Counted from the first letter of the stretch, positions 26,722 to 40,372 are shown. The stretch is 64,000 nt of DNA from the human T2T-CHM13v2.0 reference genome, Homo sapiens (GCF_009914755.1 NC_060925.1), one strand, 5' to 3'. Numbers and translations are program-made. The notes: generated by a model not told the origin, from the letters alone.

Positions 26722-27449
26722 TATCTATTCTATAATGTTTCAGCGGTAGCAAAATTTTTCATCTACAAGGTTATATAATTCCTTTGGGCTTATGCTGAAG
26801 TGAATATATTTGGACAATCTAAGGGTATGCTACATGAAAGAAAAAGTTAGAAGAAGCAAAACTGCAGTTTCATAACCTGTAGCATTTATTTTTTTTTCTT
26901 TAAAAGACAGGAAACTTTTTCAAATACTCTTTAAATCAAAGAAATGTTTAGTGTGATGACTACAGAAACCATTTATTACCAAAGTTAAATGTCCAAAGTG
27001 GGCTACAATGACAGCTCAAAACCCTGTCAACTTAATAAACTTCAAAGTCTCTTGAAAGCAAAGAACCTTCAATAATATTTTTCAGATGATCTTCTTTAAT
27101 AGGACATTTACATACATGTTCTGATTCCAGATGCATTTTAATTTGCTCTTAAAATATGAAACATCTCCTTTGAAAGGTGATGTGTATACATAAAAATCAA
27201 TTTTTCTTTTCCCAATTAATTTTATTAAAGCCTGATTTGAGGCAGCATTACTGACTGACTTGTCTTAAATGCACCATACTTAAATTAAATGGGAAAACCA
27301 TTACAAATCAGGTTCAAATTACATCTCTCTAAGAATAAGATTGCTTAGTTATAATTTCAAAACAGTCCCATTTGCAGATGGTGTCCTTAACTGTTCTCTA
27401 TCTACTTCTAATTTTATCTTTTTCTCAGTGTCCCATGCTTTCCTTTACC

Positions 27450-28150
27450 TAGAATTTCCTATATCACTTTTCTAATTTCATAAAAACATGTTGGATAATG
27501 ACATGGATTTCCAGGTAATCTATATATAATTTACAAAAATAGAGATAATTTTACTCAATTTTTCTAATGCATAGTGTCTAATTTCTTGCCTTTAATTGTA
27601 TTAACTAATGCATTTAATTCAATCATAGAGAATGAAATGGGCAGCTGTGACTTAATAAGACTATCTCTAATATTTTTCTATTAAATTGTATTAAGGTTTT
27701 TGGCCTTAAGTATGAATATTTTAATATTTTTAAATTAAATGTTAACTTCTAATTTACTGAGTGATTTTCAACAGAAATAAGTGTTGAATTTTGAGTCCTT
27801 TGCAAATTCAGTGAGGCTAATCATGTGATCTTCTTTCTCAACCTTATTAATATGGTATCTATATTAATTGATTTCCGAATATTGAATCATCTGCATGTTT
27901 AGAATAAATTACACTTGGCAGAGATGCATAATTTTATGTGATATTGCAGTCTGTTGGCTAATATATATTTCAGGTATTATATTCCTATCTATAAATGAGT
28001 TTATGCTATAGTTTTTCTGACCAAAGTTTATAACCTCTGAATATCTATAAATATACTACGCTTGCTGCATATAAAGTATTTGGAACATTTTCAATATCAT
28101 TATGCCTCTGCTCTTTTAAATTGTGTTGCACCTGTGATCTTTTTCTGGAA
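27450..28150 (-). mobile_element. Old L1ME/L1M5 ORF2 fragment
   Basis: GTGTTGAATTTT, ATTAATATGGTATCTATATTAATTGATTTCCGAATATTGAA, TAAATTACACTTGG. Confidence 0.6.
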
Positions 28151-28179
28151 TAGAAGTTTGGGGGTGGTTATCATCTACA

Positions 28180-28951
28180 GATGAAAACTATGAAAATAAA
28201 ACCCACAATGAAAAGATAATCAATCAACCTGTCCTAGAAATGACTCATTTCTGTCTGGTTCCTAGTTATCCTAGTGTAAAATCTTGATGCTTTATCACGT
28301 ATTCTCATCCATACCACCGTATTGTCATTTGTTATCTTTAACTGTATAAGGGAGACTACTACATTGTTGACATTGGAGGACACCAGTGAATTAGCAAGCA
28401 ATAATATTACAACAATTATTATTAACATTACATTTTGTACGTCAAGAAGACACAAGAAATACTAAGCATGTTAGTAAAAATATGGAAGCAATAACAAAGC
28501 CCCAAAATAAACTTCTAGAGATGGAAATCACAATAGCTAAGATAAAAAACATACACTGCATGGAATTAACAACAGATTAACAATTACAGAGAAAAAATAG
28601 AAACTTGAAAACATAGAATTAGAAACAATCCAAAATAAAACACGGAAGAAAAATAAAATCCAAAAAATAAATAAACAGCATCAGTGAGCTGTGTTACTTC
28701 AAGCAGCCTCGTATAGATCAAATTGGAGTTCCTTAAGGAGAAGAAAGAAATAGGGTTAAAGGAAAAACATGTTTAAGTAAATATGGATGAAAATTTTACA
28801 AATTTGATAAAAATAATAAACTTATAAAGAAGCTATTACCAAAAAACATATAGAAAACATGTAGAAAACTATATTAAGCCATGGTGTAATCAAATAGCTT
28901 ACAACCAATCGTAAAGAGAAACTCTTAAAAGGAGCCAAAATATACACAACA

Positions 28952-28986
<35 letters not shown>

Positions 28987-29650
28987 AAAACATTACATAT
29001 ACAGTAACAGAAAAAGGAAGGCAACATCTTTCCAATACTGAAAGGAAAGCAAACAAACAAAGAAACAAACCTGCCAACTTAGAGCTCTATTTTTAGTAAA
29101 AAATACCTTTCAAAAATAAAGGAAAAATAAAGACTTATTTTCAGATATACAACAGCTGAAATAATCACCCACTCACCTGTATCAGAAAAAAATACTGAAT
29201 AAAAACCCTCCAACAGAAAGAAAATTATGGCATTGGGAATAAAAAACACTGGAAACAGCAAATGTGGGGTAATATAAGATACTTTTTGTTTTATAAACCT
29301 CCATACATGATAATGGACTGATTAAATATAAAAAACAATATTTTGTGATATTTCTAATACAGAGAGAGATAAAGTGTCTTATAAGCATGAAGGCCAGACA
29401 ATGACAAAATGTACTATGTTGTGTACAATATTCTTATAATATATGATATGATATCATATTACTCAAATACAGGTTGTGATAAATTAAAGGGCTATAGTAT
29501 ATTATACAACCACTAAAATAACAAAACAAAGAATCACAGGCAATAGCAATGAAGAGGTGAGATGAATAGAAAACAAATATCAAATTCATAGATTTAAACG
29601 CAAGCATATCAAAATAACATAAAATATAAACTCCAGTTTAAAGGAAAAGA
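28180..29650 (+). mobile_element. L1MC/MD ORF1 region, interrupted at about 28252-28389; (CA)n at 28945-28984
   Basis: ACCCACAATGAAAAGATAATCAATCAA...GAAATGAC, then GAATTAGC...AACTTCTAGAGATGG, GGAATTAACAACAGATTA, CATCAGTGAGCTGTG. Confidence 0.7.
28259..28389 (+). repeat. 131-bp dispersed direct repeat, copy A
   Basis: Matches 31560-31690 with 5 substitutions and no indels. Confidence 0.97.
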
Positions 29651-30649
29651 TGGTAATAATAACTTTACAAATACATTAATTGACCTGAATTTCAATTAGA
29701 AAAGCATCGCATTTCTAAGGAATACTGCCAGTGGGCAGAATCTGGTCTTTGGCGACTCTGCTGCTGCTTATTGAACAGTTTCCCAAAGATGGCAGTCATT
29801 GTTTGCCAAGATAATTTCAGTGGTCGGAATACACTGAGTCCAAGGCAAAAAGTAAAGAGAAATATTTGGGGAAACTAATCAAATGAGCAAACAAAATACC
29901 AAAGCACTTAGAATGATGTCTGCCACATAAAAGGAAGTGATATAGTTGTTGAAGAAAATGCATTTCCTCAAGATCAGTTTGACTAAGATGGCAGAAAAAT
30001 GCACTTGAAATTGTTTGGTTCTTTTCTCATAGCTATTTTAACGTTGGCAAAATAAACTCAATGATGCCTTTTGTTAATAAACAGTTTTTAGGGAGGTATA
30101 CAATGTAGCAACCTCTTTGAGATGTACTTCTATTTAATGAGGTAGTGAGATAGAGAAAGCACATCAGTGCTGTGGTGGTTTTAAAATAAGATAGTAATTC
30201 CAACTTTTATGATAGGTTTTACACTTCTGTAATATGTGAGCTTCCAAAAAGTTCTAGGAACCTTTATTTAGGATATTACGTGTGGTATTGAGATAAATGA
30301 TCGGCTTTTGAGGCATACATATGATTTCTTTCTGTTGATTCTGAGTTGTGAGGCCAGCTTCATGGGAGTAATGCATCAATTTTTGCCAAGAACTCCTTAA
30401 AGATGTAAATCTTCTTTGGCAGCAAAGATTTAAAAGCCATCACTAAACTCTAGTGCCGTCACAAGGTACTGTTAAATGGTGAGCTAATCGACAAGGATTT
30501 CTATAGCAGCTTCAGCTGAGTCAGTGTGATTTTTGGCACTTCCGGAAAGAGTAAGGCATGAAATAAATCATCTTTGGAAGAAACTAAAAGTATCAAAATT
30601 TTGCTACCCAAATTCTTGAAATTGGTACCAGCTTCTTCTTGCCTATGTG

Positions 30650-30990
30650 CCTTTATTCTCATTATTTTCTATGTCTGCCACGCCCCTAAAATCTTTTTGT
30701 GGTTTACTCCTTTAGCTAATACATGTCTCTTTTCAAATTATCATCTCAGAAAAACCTTGTGCACTCCAATTAACATTTCATGACTTACTCTGCTTTGTTT
30801 TTAATCATAGTTATTATCACTACTAGAATTGTGTTATATTTTTTCCAATGGTATGTTGGAATATCATTCACTAGATCAAAAGCTTTATGAATAGAAGAAA
30901 ATTATCTTTCAATGACATATTTCCACTCTCCTATAAAGCTTCATATTCCATAATTAACAATAACAGTACTTTCTCCAAGTGAGTTGTTGA
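30650..30990 (+). mobile_element. L2 fragment
   Basis: CATCTCAGAAAAACCTT...CACTAGATCAAAAGCTTTATGAATAGA. Confidence 0.45.
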
Positions 30991-31151
30991 GAAAGTTCTT
31001 AGAATTTAACTTTTGTTTCCACTGAGTTTGGTCTTGTCACAAAGAAGCTCTAAAGCCAGGCATGAATAATTAAGCCAAGGCAATGGAACTTGGATTGTCC
31101 TTAGTAATACGTCATCAGAATTTGGAGATTCCATACATGCATAACAAATAG

Positions 31152-31474
<323 letters not shown>

Positions 31475-31559
31475 CATTATAATAGATATTAATAAGATAT
31501 GGAAATAGTAAGAAGGGAAATCTGTTAAATTCTGATTTTTTTTCTTGCAATATGTCTCT

Positions 31560-31690
31560 TTCCTAGTTATCTTAATGTAAAATCTTGATGCTTTATAACG
31601 TATTCTCATCCATACCACCTTATTGTCATTTGTTATCCTTAACTGTATAAGGGAGACTACTACATTGTTGACATTGGAGGACACCAGTGA
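31560..31690 (+). repeat. 131-bp dispersed direct repeat, copy B
   Basis: See copy A. Confidence 0.97.
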
Positions 31691-32627
31691 GTTATATATA
31701 CTTCCTGGTGCTTATTCTATGCTATAGTCCCTTCCTAATGAATGTGTGCGTGGTGTGAGATTTTCTTTATCCATTCAAATTCAGCAGAGATAACACTATG
31801 TGTCTTCCAGTTCTAAGCCTTTAGAACCCTGGCAGCTTCTGCTGTTGGGTTTTTGGCACTGTAAGCATGCATGCAGGAAGTCTATCTACCCAGCTAGAGG
31901 GACCGTGTAGAGAAATGTGGTGGCAAAGGCACTGGAGAAGGAGGGATGCTGTGACTACCTGAAGAGAAAAAGAGATGACTACTATGAAGTACCTGGGGCT
32001 GCAGTAACAGATTACCACAAACTGGGAAGCTTAAAAGAACACAAATTTATTACCTCACAGTTTTGGAGGCTAGAATTCCCAAATCAGGTGTCAGCTGGGC
32101 TTGTTCCTTCTGGAAGCTGAGAGGCATATAAATATATGAATCTCTTCCATGCCTCTCTTCTAGCTTATGGTGGTTACCAGCGATCTTTGGCATTATGTAC
32201 AACACTCCAAACTCTGCCTCAGTCTTCAATGGTGTTCTTCCCTTTGTGTCTCCTGTCCCTACGTAGGAATCTCTCTCTTTCTTTTAGAAAGATACCACTT
32301 ATTGAATTTACTCCCCCGCCCCAGTCCAGGATGACCTCATCCTAACTAGCTGCATCTTCAAGGACTCTATTCGCAAATAAGCTCACATTCTGAAGTTCTA
32401 AGTGAACATGCATTGACAGGAATACTATTTAACGCAGTATACCAGTCACCCAGTGCACCAGTACACTGATTTCAGTCTTCACCTTCCAGCTGAAAGAAGC
32501 AACACCATAATGGTAGCCCAGCTAATCTCAATCCATACTAAACCATAATGATAGAAAATAAAAATTGTTGTTGTACTACATCTCTATTGTTCGCAGTTTT
32601 TTGCTATGCATCAGATTCTTGAGTAAC
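31665..32627 (+). mobile_element. MLT1G/H-like LTR interrupted by an MLT1B-like LTR
   Basis: TAGTCCCTTCC...CTAAGCCTTTAGAACCCTGGCAGCTTC...; resumes at about 32442 and ends AATAAAAATTGTTGTTG...GTAACA. Confidence 0.6.
31980..32441 (-). mobile_element. MLT1B-like MaLR solo LTR
   Basis: GGGCTGCAGTAACAGATTACCACAAACTGG...TTTATTACCTCACAGTTTTGGAGGCTAGAA...CCAGGATGACCTCATCCTAACT. Confidence 0.85.
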
Positions 32628-32643
32628 ACTATTGAATAAAATA

Positions 32644-33571
32644 CAGCAGGTTCTTGAGGAACATAATTTCTTTTAAGATTGTTTCATTGTAATGTTAATT
32701 TAAAAAAAACAAAAACAAAAACAAAAAAAGCAGTTCCTGGCCACAGTCTATGTGGAGTTGTCTTGTTCTATGTCTGCATGGGTTTTCTCTGTGTACTCGG
32801 GTTTCCTCCCACACTCCAAAGATGTGCACCTTATGTTAGTTGTTGTGTTTAAATGGTCTCAGTCTGAGTGAGTGTGAGCATGTGTTTGAGTGTACCCTGC
32901 CATAGAATGGTGTCCTGGCCAGGAGTGATTCCCACCTGGCACCCTGAGCTGCCTGAGATAGGCTCTGGCTACCTGGAACCCTGGACCACAATATTCAGCT
33001 TACTTTTTTTTTCTTTTGTTTTTTTTTTTGAGACGGAGTCCCGCTCTGTCACCCAGGCTGGAGTGCAGTGGCGCGATCTCGGCTTCCCTAGTAGCTCATG
33101 CCATTCCCCTGCCTCAGTCTCCCTAGTAGCTGGGACTATAGGCGCCCGCCACCACGCCCGGCTAAGTTTTTTGTATTTTTAGTAGAGACGGGGTTTCACC
33201 GTGTCAGCCAGGATGGTCTGGATCTCCTGACCTCGTGATCCACCCGCCTCAGCCTTCCAAAGTGCTGGGATTACAGGCGTGAGCCTCCGCGCCCGGCCCA
33301 GCTTGCTCTTTTTAATCTTTTAAAATGTATGTACGGCTTTCATTTATTTTAATATTAGAAAAGATTTAGTCTTTATTTAGAAGTTTTGTGATGTTTTCAT
33401 GACTAGAAATATGCCCTGGGATATTATCTCTTCTTTAAATCAATTAGCCTATGGCAAAATTGGTTTTGCTATAAGTCATTTCACGTCAGTTGAAGTTAAA
33501 GTAAAGTTAGACTTCACTTGAAGTATTTAACTTCATGTTACCAATCAATGACATTAAATGAGGACTTACTG
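32644..33571 (+). mobile_element. MER6 (TcMar-Tigger) with TA TSDs, interrupted by AluY
   Basis: TA|CAGCAGGTTCTTGA...TGGGTTTTCTCTGTGTACTCGGGTTTCCTCCCACA...TGAGGACTTACTG|TA. Confidence 0.88.
33004..33298 (-). mobile_element. AluY with an internal deletion/insertion
   Basis: Y diagnostics (AGCCAGGATGGTCT, GACCTCGTGATC); TSD CAGCTT(A/G)CT at 32996 and 33299. Confidence 0.93.
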
Positions 33572-34246
33572 TAATAGCAAAACTGGTTACTATTTCTCCA
33601 CTCAATCCCTTATGGACTCATGTTGAGAGTTTATAAATACATGAATACATAAATAAACAAATGACTAAGTGAAAGAAAGAATGAACAAGGTCCCAGTATT
33701 TAACCTAAATATGTTGACTGTCTAGCAAAGATATTCTAAACAAAAGCACCATAGAGAAGCACTATTGAAAACAGAGGGTAACACAACCAGAGTTACTATT
33801 GTTCATGGTTGGTCAACACAAGATAACTTGTAAAGTCATCTGTTTGTGCTAGCTACATTTACTATTAAGGATTACAGTTAATTTTATATGTCCTTTTAAA
33901 AAAAGACAATATTGTTAGTCAATTTGAACTTTTACTTATCAATCCACTCTGCCAACATTAGTGAGTTTATTTAATGTTGTTTTATAAAATGATGTATGAC
34001 AATGTATCTTATTTACTTACAGTCATAACAGTGAAATCAACAGTTTCAATTTTCCCTTTTATATATGAACATAAATTTCAAATAACTCTTCCCTGCCTCA
34101 CCCTCCCCAAGCATTTTTGTACATGATAACTTCACAGAAGTAATCTTTTGTTCTGTTTTCTTTGGTATGGGAGAGGCAATTCTTCATAAATAACTGTTTC
34201 TTTCAGACACATGCCTGTATTTATTTATTTATTTTGTCAACATTAC

Positions 34247-36543
34247 TTTATTTCCTTTCTTTCTTTAAATTTTTGTGGGTACATAGTATGAATATATATT
34301 GATGGGTTACATAAGATATTTTGATACCTGCATACAACGTGTTACAATCACATCAAGGTAAATGGGGTACCATAAACTTAAGCATGTATTTTTTCTTTGT
34401 GTTACCAACAATCCAACTGTATTTTCTTAGTTATTTTAAAATGTACAATAAATTAGCACTGATTGTAGTCATCCTATTGTGCTGTTAAATACTAGCTCTT
34501 ATTCATTCATTCTAAATATATTTTTGTACCTATTAACTATGCCCACTTCTACCCAGTCTCCCACTCTCTTTCTCAGCCTCTGGTAACCATCATTCTAGGC
34601 TGTATAAATTCAAATGTTTTAAGTTTTAGTTTCTACAAACAAGTGAGAATATGTGAAGTTTGTCTTTCTGTACCTTGCTTGTTTCACTTAGCATAATGAC
34701 TTCCAGTTCCATCAATGTTGTCGCAAATGACAGGATCTCATTCCTTTTTATGGCTGACTAGTACTCCATTGTATATCTGTACCATATTTTCTTTATCTGT
34801 TCATCTGTTGATGGACACTGAAGTTGCTTCCAAATCTTGGTTATTGTGAATAGTGCTGTAAGAAACATGGGAATGTAGATATCTCTTCAATATACCGAAT
34901 TCCTTTCTTTTGAGTATACACCTAGCAATAGGATTGCTGGATCACAGGGTAGTTCTATTTTTAGATTTTTGAGGAACTTCTAAACTTTTCTCCATAGTGG
35001 TTGTACTTATTTACATTCTCACTAACTATAACAGGGTTCCCTTTTCTCCAAATTCTCACCAGCGTTTGTTACTTTCTGTCTTATGGATAAAAGCCATTTG
35101 AACTGGGGTGAGATGATATCTCACTGCAGTTTGATTTTCATTTCCTGATGGTCAGTGAGGTTGAGCATCTTTTCCTATTTTTTCCCTGTATATCTTCTCT
35201 TGAGAAATGTCAATTCCGATGTTTTACCCATATTTTAATTGAATTATTAGACTATTTGGAATTGAGTTGTTTGAGCTTCTTATATGTTCCGGTTGTTAAT
35301 CCTTTGCCAGATGGATACTTTGCAAATATATTATTTCATTTTGTGTGTTGTCTCTTTACTTTGTTGATAGTATCGTTGACTGTGCAGAAGCCATTTTTTT
35401 TTTTTTTTTTTTTTACTTGATTTGATGCCATTTGTTTGTTTTTGCTTTGGTTGCCTGCGCTTGTGGGATATTAATTACTTAAGAAATATTTACCCAAACA
35501 AATGTCCTGAAGATTTTCTCCAATGTTTTCTTGTAGTAGCTTCATAGTTTGAGGTCTTAGCTTTAAGTCTTTAATCCATTTTGATTTTATTTTTGTATAT
35601 GGCAAGCGATAGGGAGCTAGTTTTATTCTCTTCTCTTCCTTCTTTCCTTTCTTCCTGACTTCCTTTCAGGAGATGCAATTTTCTCTGATGGCATATTTTA
35701 ATTTCTTGCTTTTTATCTTTTGTATGTTGGTTGTATTTTTTTTTTTGATTTAAGGTTACTGTGAACAATGAAAATAACATCTTATATTATTTTAAACTGA
35801 CAAGAACTGAATACTTATTACATAAACAAATAGCCAAACTAACAAATAAGCACAGAGTAAGCTAATAAAAAATCTACACTTTAACTTCATCCCCCTGCCC
35901 TTTTTGTTGTTTCTATTTATATCTTATAATGCTGTCTATGTCTTGAAAAGTTGTAATTATTTTTCTCAAGTTCATTGTTCAATTCAAGATCTGAGTAGTT
36001 TACACACAATTACAGTGTTATATAATTCTGTATTTTTGTGTACATTCTAATACTCAAAGTTTTGTACCACCAGATTTTTTCTTATTGCCCATTAACATCC
36101 TTTTCTTTCAGATTGAAGAACACTAGCATTTTTTCATTTCTGAGACAGGTCAGGTGTTGATGAAATACCTCATCTTTTGTTTGTGCAGGAAACTCTTTAT
36201 TTCTCCTTCATGTTAGAAAGATATTTTCCTGAGATGTGCTTGTATTAGTCAGGGTTCTCTAGAGGGATGGAACTAATGGAACTACGGTGGAACGAACCCA
36301 GTTCGTAGGCTGTTGCTGGGGGACTGGGTGGGGGGCGGATATTGTTAGTGATTCAAAACTGCCTTTCCTCCCTTCTTCAGTGCCCTTTCCTTAATATAAT
36401 ATTAAAACCAAGTACTTTAATTGCTCACCTGATTTTGGGTTCTTATGAAAGTGTTTTTTGTGTGTAGATAGTTGCTAAATTTGATGCTCCTGCAAGGGGG
36501 CAATTGCTGGAGGCTTCAATTCAGCCATGTTGCTCTGCCTCCC
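34247..36543 (-). mobile_element. L1MA2/3-like element with both termini and two large internal deletions
   Basis: 3'UTR and ORF2 end at 34247-35632; ORF1/inter-ORF-like sequence at 35632-36240; 5' terminus ...CAGCCATGTTGCTCTGCCTCCC at 36285-36543. Confidence 0.75.
36241..36281 (-). mobile_element. 41-bp stub of an MLT2A LTR 3' end
   Basis: TGTATTAGTCAGGGTTCTCTAGAGGGATGGAACTAATGGA is the reverse complement of the MLT2A terminus seen at about 11747-11788. Confidence 0.85.
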
Positions 36544-37027
36544 TTCAATATCATATTTTTAAAAACTTAAACTTCTAAAATTTCATAATTAGAAGAAACC
36601 TAACCTCATGAATCATTTCAAGAACTGGGTTTTAATCTGTTTATTTTTATATGTATTTATTTATTTATTGGTTTATTTGAAAAAGAGTTGTTGGTTTTTA
36701 ACCATAAAACCATGAACTTTTTTTCCCCAGACTCATGATTAACTTTCCCTGCAAAAAAAAGATTGACATAATTATTTTGCCAATTTTACTAAAATAATCA
36801 TCTCATTTTAAATAATTTTGTGGAGATAAATAATTTGATAAAATTTTAGATTTCTCAAAAATAATATGCCTGATTCAATATAATTGACTGGAATTTGGGT
36901 GGAAGATTTTACAAAAGAATACTCAGCCTTTATTCTTTTCTTCTAACAACACATTTTTATCAACTGTGTTGATGAAGATAATGTAATTTATACTCTATCA
37001 AAATTATGTTATAGTTATCTTCTTCAC

Positions 37028-37329
37028 TTTTTTTTTTTCTTTTTTTTGAGACAGAATTTTGCTCTTGTTGCCCAGGCTCTAGTGCAGCAGTGTGATCTCG
37101 GCTCACTGCAACCTCCATCTCCCGGGTTCAAGCCATTCTCCTGCCTCAGCCTCTTGAGTAGCTGGGATTACAGACATGCACCACCACGCCCGGCTAATTT
37201 TATATTTTTAGTAGAGGAGGGGTTTCACCATGTTGGCCAGGCTGGTCTCAAATTCCTGACCTCAGGTGATCCTACCACCTTGGCCTCCCAAATTGCTGAG
37301 ATGATAGGTGTGAGCAACCGTGCCTGGCC
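37028..37329 (-). mobile_element. AluSq/Sp, full length
   Basis: GCTCTTGTTGCCCAGG diagnostic; TSD TCTTCTTCACTTT at 37018-37030 and 37330-37342. Confidence 0.95.
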
Positions 37330-40300
37330 TCTTCTTCACTTTAAAATACATATACCATAAGCATCAGTTATTCATTTTATGTATGTTAGGTTTGCATATG
37401 AAAAGGTATAGAAAGTAGCTACTTGATTCTCTAGAAATGTACACATGAATGTGTTTTGTCCTCTTAGGAATAGAACAATTTTGTGAAAACAATAACATAT
37501 AATTTTATTTTATTTTCTACCCTGATTTTTTTAAGTCATCTTCCTTGGCTATATTACACCATTCTTTCTAACCTTCAGTCTGAAAGAAAAATAAAATTAA
37601 TTTTATTGTGAATAAATTGTTGAAGTCATATGTAGATATAGATCTGAAATTTCACTAATGTGTTTTAACTTTCTTTATTCAAGCAGAGGTTGTGTTCCTT
37701 TTATTATTCTTTTGAATAACATAAAATCACCAAACAACTATTAAATGTAATAGCTGTACACATTAGAAATTCAAGGTTGAAGTAACTAGAATGAAATAGC
37801 AGATTTTAAAGGAACAAGACTGTCACTTACTGTCAATGTTACAATTCCATTTATCAGCTCCATTAACTTAATGGCCAAAAAAAAATTCTCCATAGTTGCT
37901 TCTCCCTGGTGCACATTCGCTCTCATACACATCTAAACTGATGCTAATAGAGAGTAAAGTGATGCTATCAGCATTCTTTTATGTAGCTTTTATTGTTTTC
38001 CATAAAATTCTGTCACTGAGATAAAACTAATGATTTTATACATCTGGCCCAGCCATACAAACTCCAATTTTTACTTTTCTAATTTTCATTCAAATCTTCT
38101 TTTCCACTCCTATAACTTAGTGTACTTTTGTCTCATGAAAGTTGAAATATCAAAGAGTCAGAAACCTCATCAAAGAAAAACAGGTGCTTCACCACTTTTT
38201 GATTGTGGATCTTCATACGAACCATTTTAGATTACTATTTACCTCTCCAGTCCTCATTTATATTGCAGACAGCCACACAATAGACTTTCTGGTATTTAAT
38301 GCTGAAAAACCCAATTGGTGACGTGTCGTAAAATTTTACTGCTTGTCTCAGTTAAAAAGGGACCAATTTCTATACCTACTTTGCAGTTGAAAAGTTCAAC
38401 CTTTATCTGTTTAGCCAGCTTTAATTCCAGAATAGGTCTCTTTCCTCAGAGAGGAGAAAGGCTGAGGCATCAAGCTCTTTTTAGCAATCCCTTTTGCAAG
38501 CTGATTTGCCTGCTGATGTTCACGCATTTTTTTCCACTGCCAGGAAGTTTAGATTGTTTCATTTATAAAGAACCTTACCTGATAAATGTGCCAATAACTT
38601 ACTACCTCTTTCTGGCTTTGCCAATTTCTTTCTGTATTAGTTTATACACATTAAGTATGCAATGTTGTTACTCAGCTATATACCTTCTAAATTGCATGAA
38701 ATCTCTTGAGAGTCCTGATCTAGAATATTTGAGTAATATGTATAAATTGATTTTGACATGTAGCTAATTGACACAAATCAGTATGTCACATTTGTAGGTA
38801 CCTGATTATGGAGGTAATTATCTCAACTTCTCTAATGCACAGTTCTTTTAGTGTGCACATATATTTCTAAAATGCTTAACTGTAGCCATAGTCTCTGTTG
38901 TTTTGCTTTACAGGCATTCATATACGTTAAAGATATAAAAATAATTAAAGAAAATCACTTATATCTCCCTCATCTTTATTCTTACATTGGAATACACAGT
39001 CTGTTAACTTTTTGAGGGATCAGGCTTATTTATTTTTTTCTTGATTCAAGTTTTCACAATTTTGGAGCTAGTGCTTGGATAGCGGGCCTCAGGACTCTGC
39101 CTAGTGCTCTATTCTCACAAAGAATAGTAGCCAAAAAATATATTGTATGCTCTGGTTCTATTGCTTATATGTTGTGTAACAAAAAAAAATATTTTTGTTG
39201 TTGTTGTTAGCAATTATTTTAACTGTTCTGATGGTATAATAACTATTTACTTCACAGAGTTATGGGAAAATCAAATGAGATAAAAATATAGTGGCTATTT
39301 TCTGAAAAACCTACAATGCCGTACCTAAAACGTGAAATTACTAAAATGCACAAATTAATTCAAATATATTTCCTCTTAGACATCTAAGAATATTTATAAT
39401 GTTTCATAAATAAAAATAAAACAAAAGCACATAATACATTTTGGAAAACCTGTAGTTTTCTTACCACTATGAAATTAAGCCATTGGATAGACATAAGAAA
39501 AATTTTAGGTCTTCCTGAGGACTAAAGGTCTAAAGTCCTGTTTTTTGTTTAATTAATAAAAGTATTTACTTATAAGTATTTTAGATAGTATTAGTCTGGT
39601 AGATAAGTTTTGCAAATGTTCTAAGTGAGGAACTAAGATGTTGGCTTTATGGTTAGAATGGTAACGGGAAAAGTAGTTCTTTTTCCATTTAATAGAGTTT
39701 CTGAATTTTTATAAGATGTAAGGTGAGCTTTAAGAAATAGTGGGTCAAGCCTGTTCACTTTCCAGACATAAAAAACCTGCATCTAATTTGAAATGCATTG
39801 CACCTCCTGAGGTTCTGCCCTTTGCATTTTTACTTATCCTCTACATAGCAAGGAAGTGTGTAAGATTTTGATTTCGTTTTTACATTTCATTTAAATGTAT
39901 TTTACCAAATTGAGAAAGAAAGTGCAGGGTGACTAGTTTTCACTTTTAATTTTTCTTAGCAGGTGCTTTTAAAACTTTCCAAGTGAAATTTTAATCATTT
40001 GGTAATGTATTTGAACTCTAGCATTCACCTGATAAACAATTATTTAAGATAATTGCATATTGATCATTCTTTATGCACATCCTTCAGTATTTATATCTAT
40101 TTCTAATTTTGATAAAATGTTCTGCTCCATGATTCTGAGATCAGTAATACTATTTAGGATTTTTGTATCTTCTCCATATTTGTTATTTAAAATATAGATT
40201 TATAAGAAATTCCATTGTTCATAAATTTATAGAAATCCTATTGGAATATAAATCAAATATAAGACAAATATATTTAACTGGATTTTTGCATATAAAAACA

Positions 40301-40372
40301 TGCAACAAGAATATATTTTATTACTATGTGATAAAATAGTTTTCAAAAGGTATTTAAAATAAGTAAAAATTA

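Noticed and set aside
28234-28455. Two similar ORFs (SSNVNNVVVSLIQL...) at 28234-28455 and 31355-31684 suggesting paralogous genes
   Set aside because: Fully explained by the 131-bp DNA duplication; no coding evidence
38315-38767. 150-aa ORF in non-repeat DNA
   Set aside because: Non-ATG start, L/F/I/S-rich composition typical of AT-rich chance ORFs, no recognisable domain
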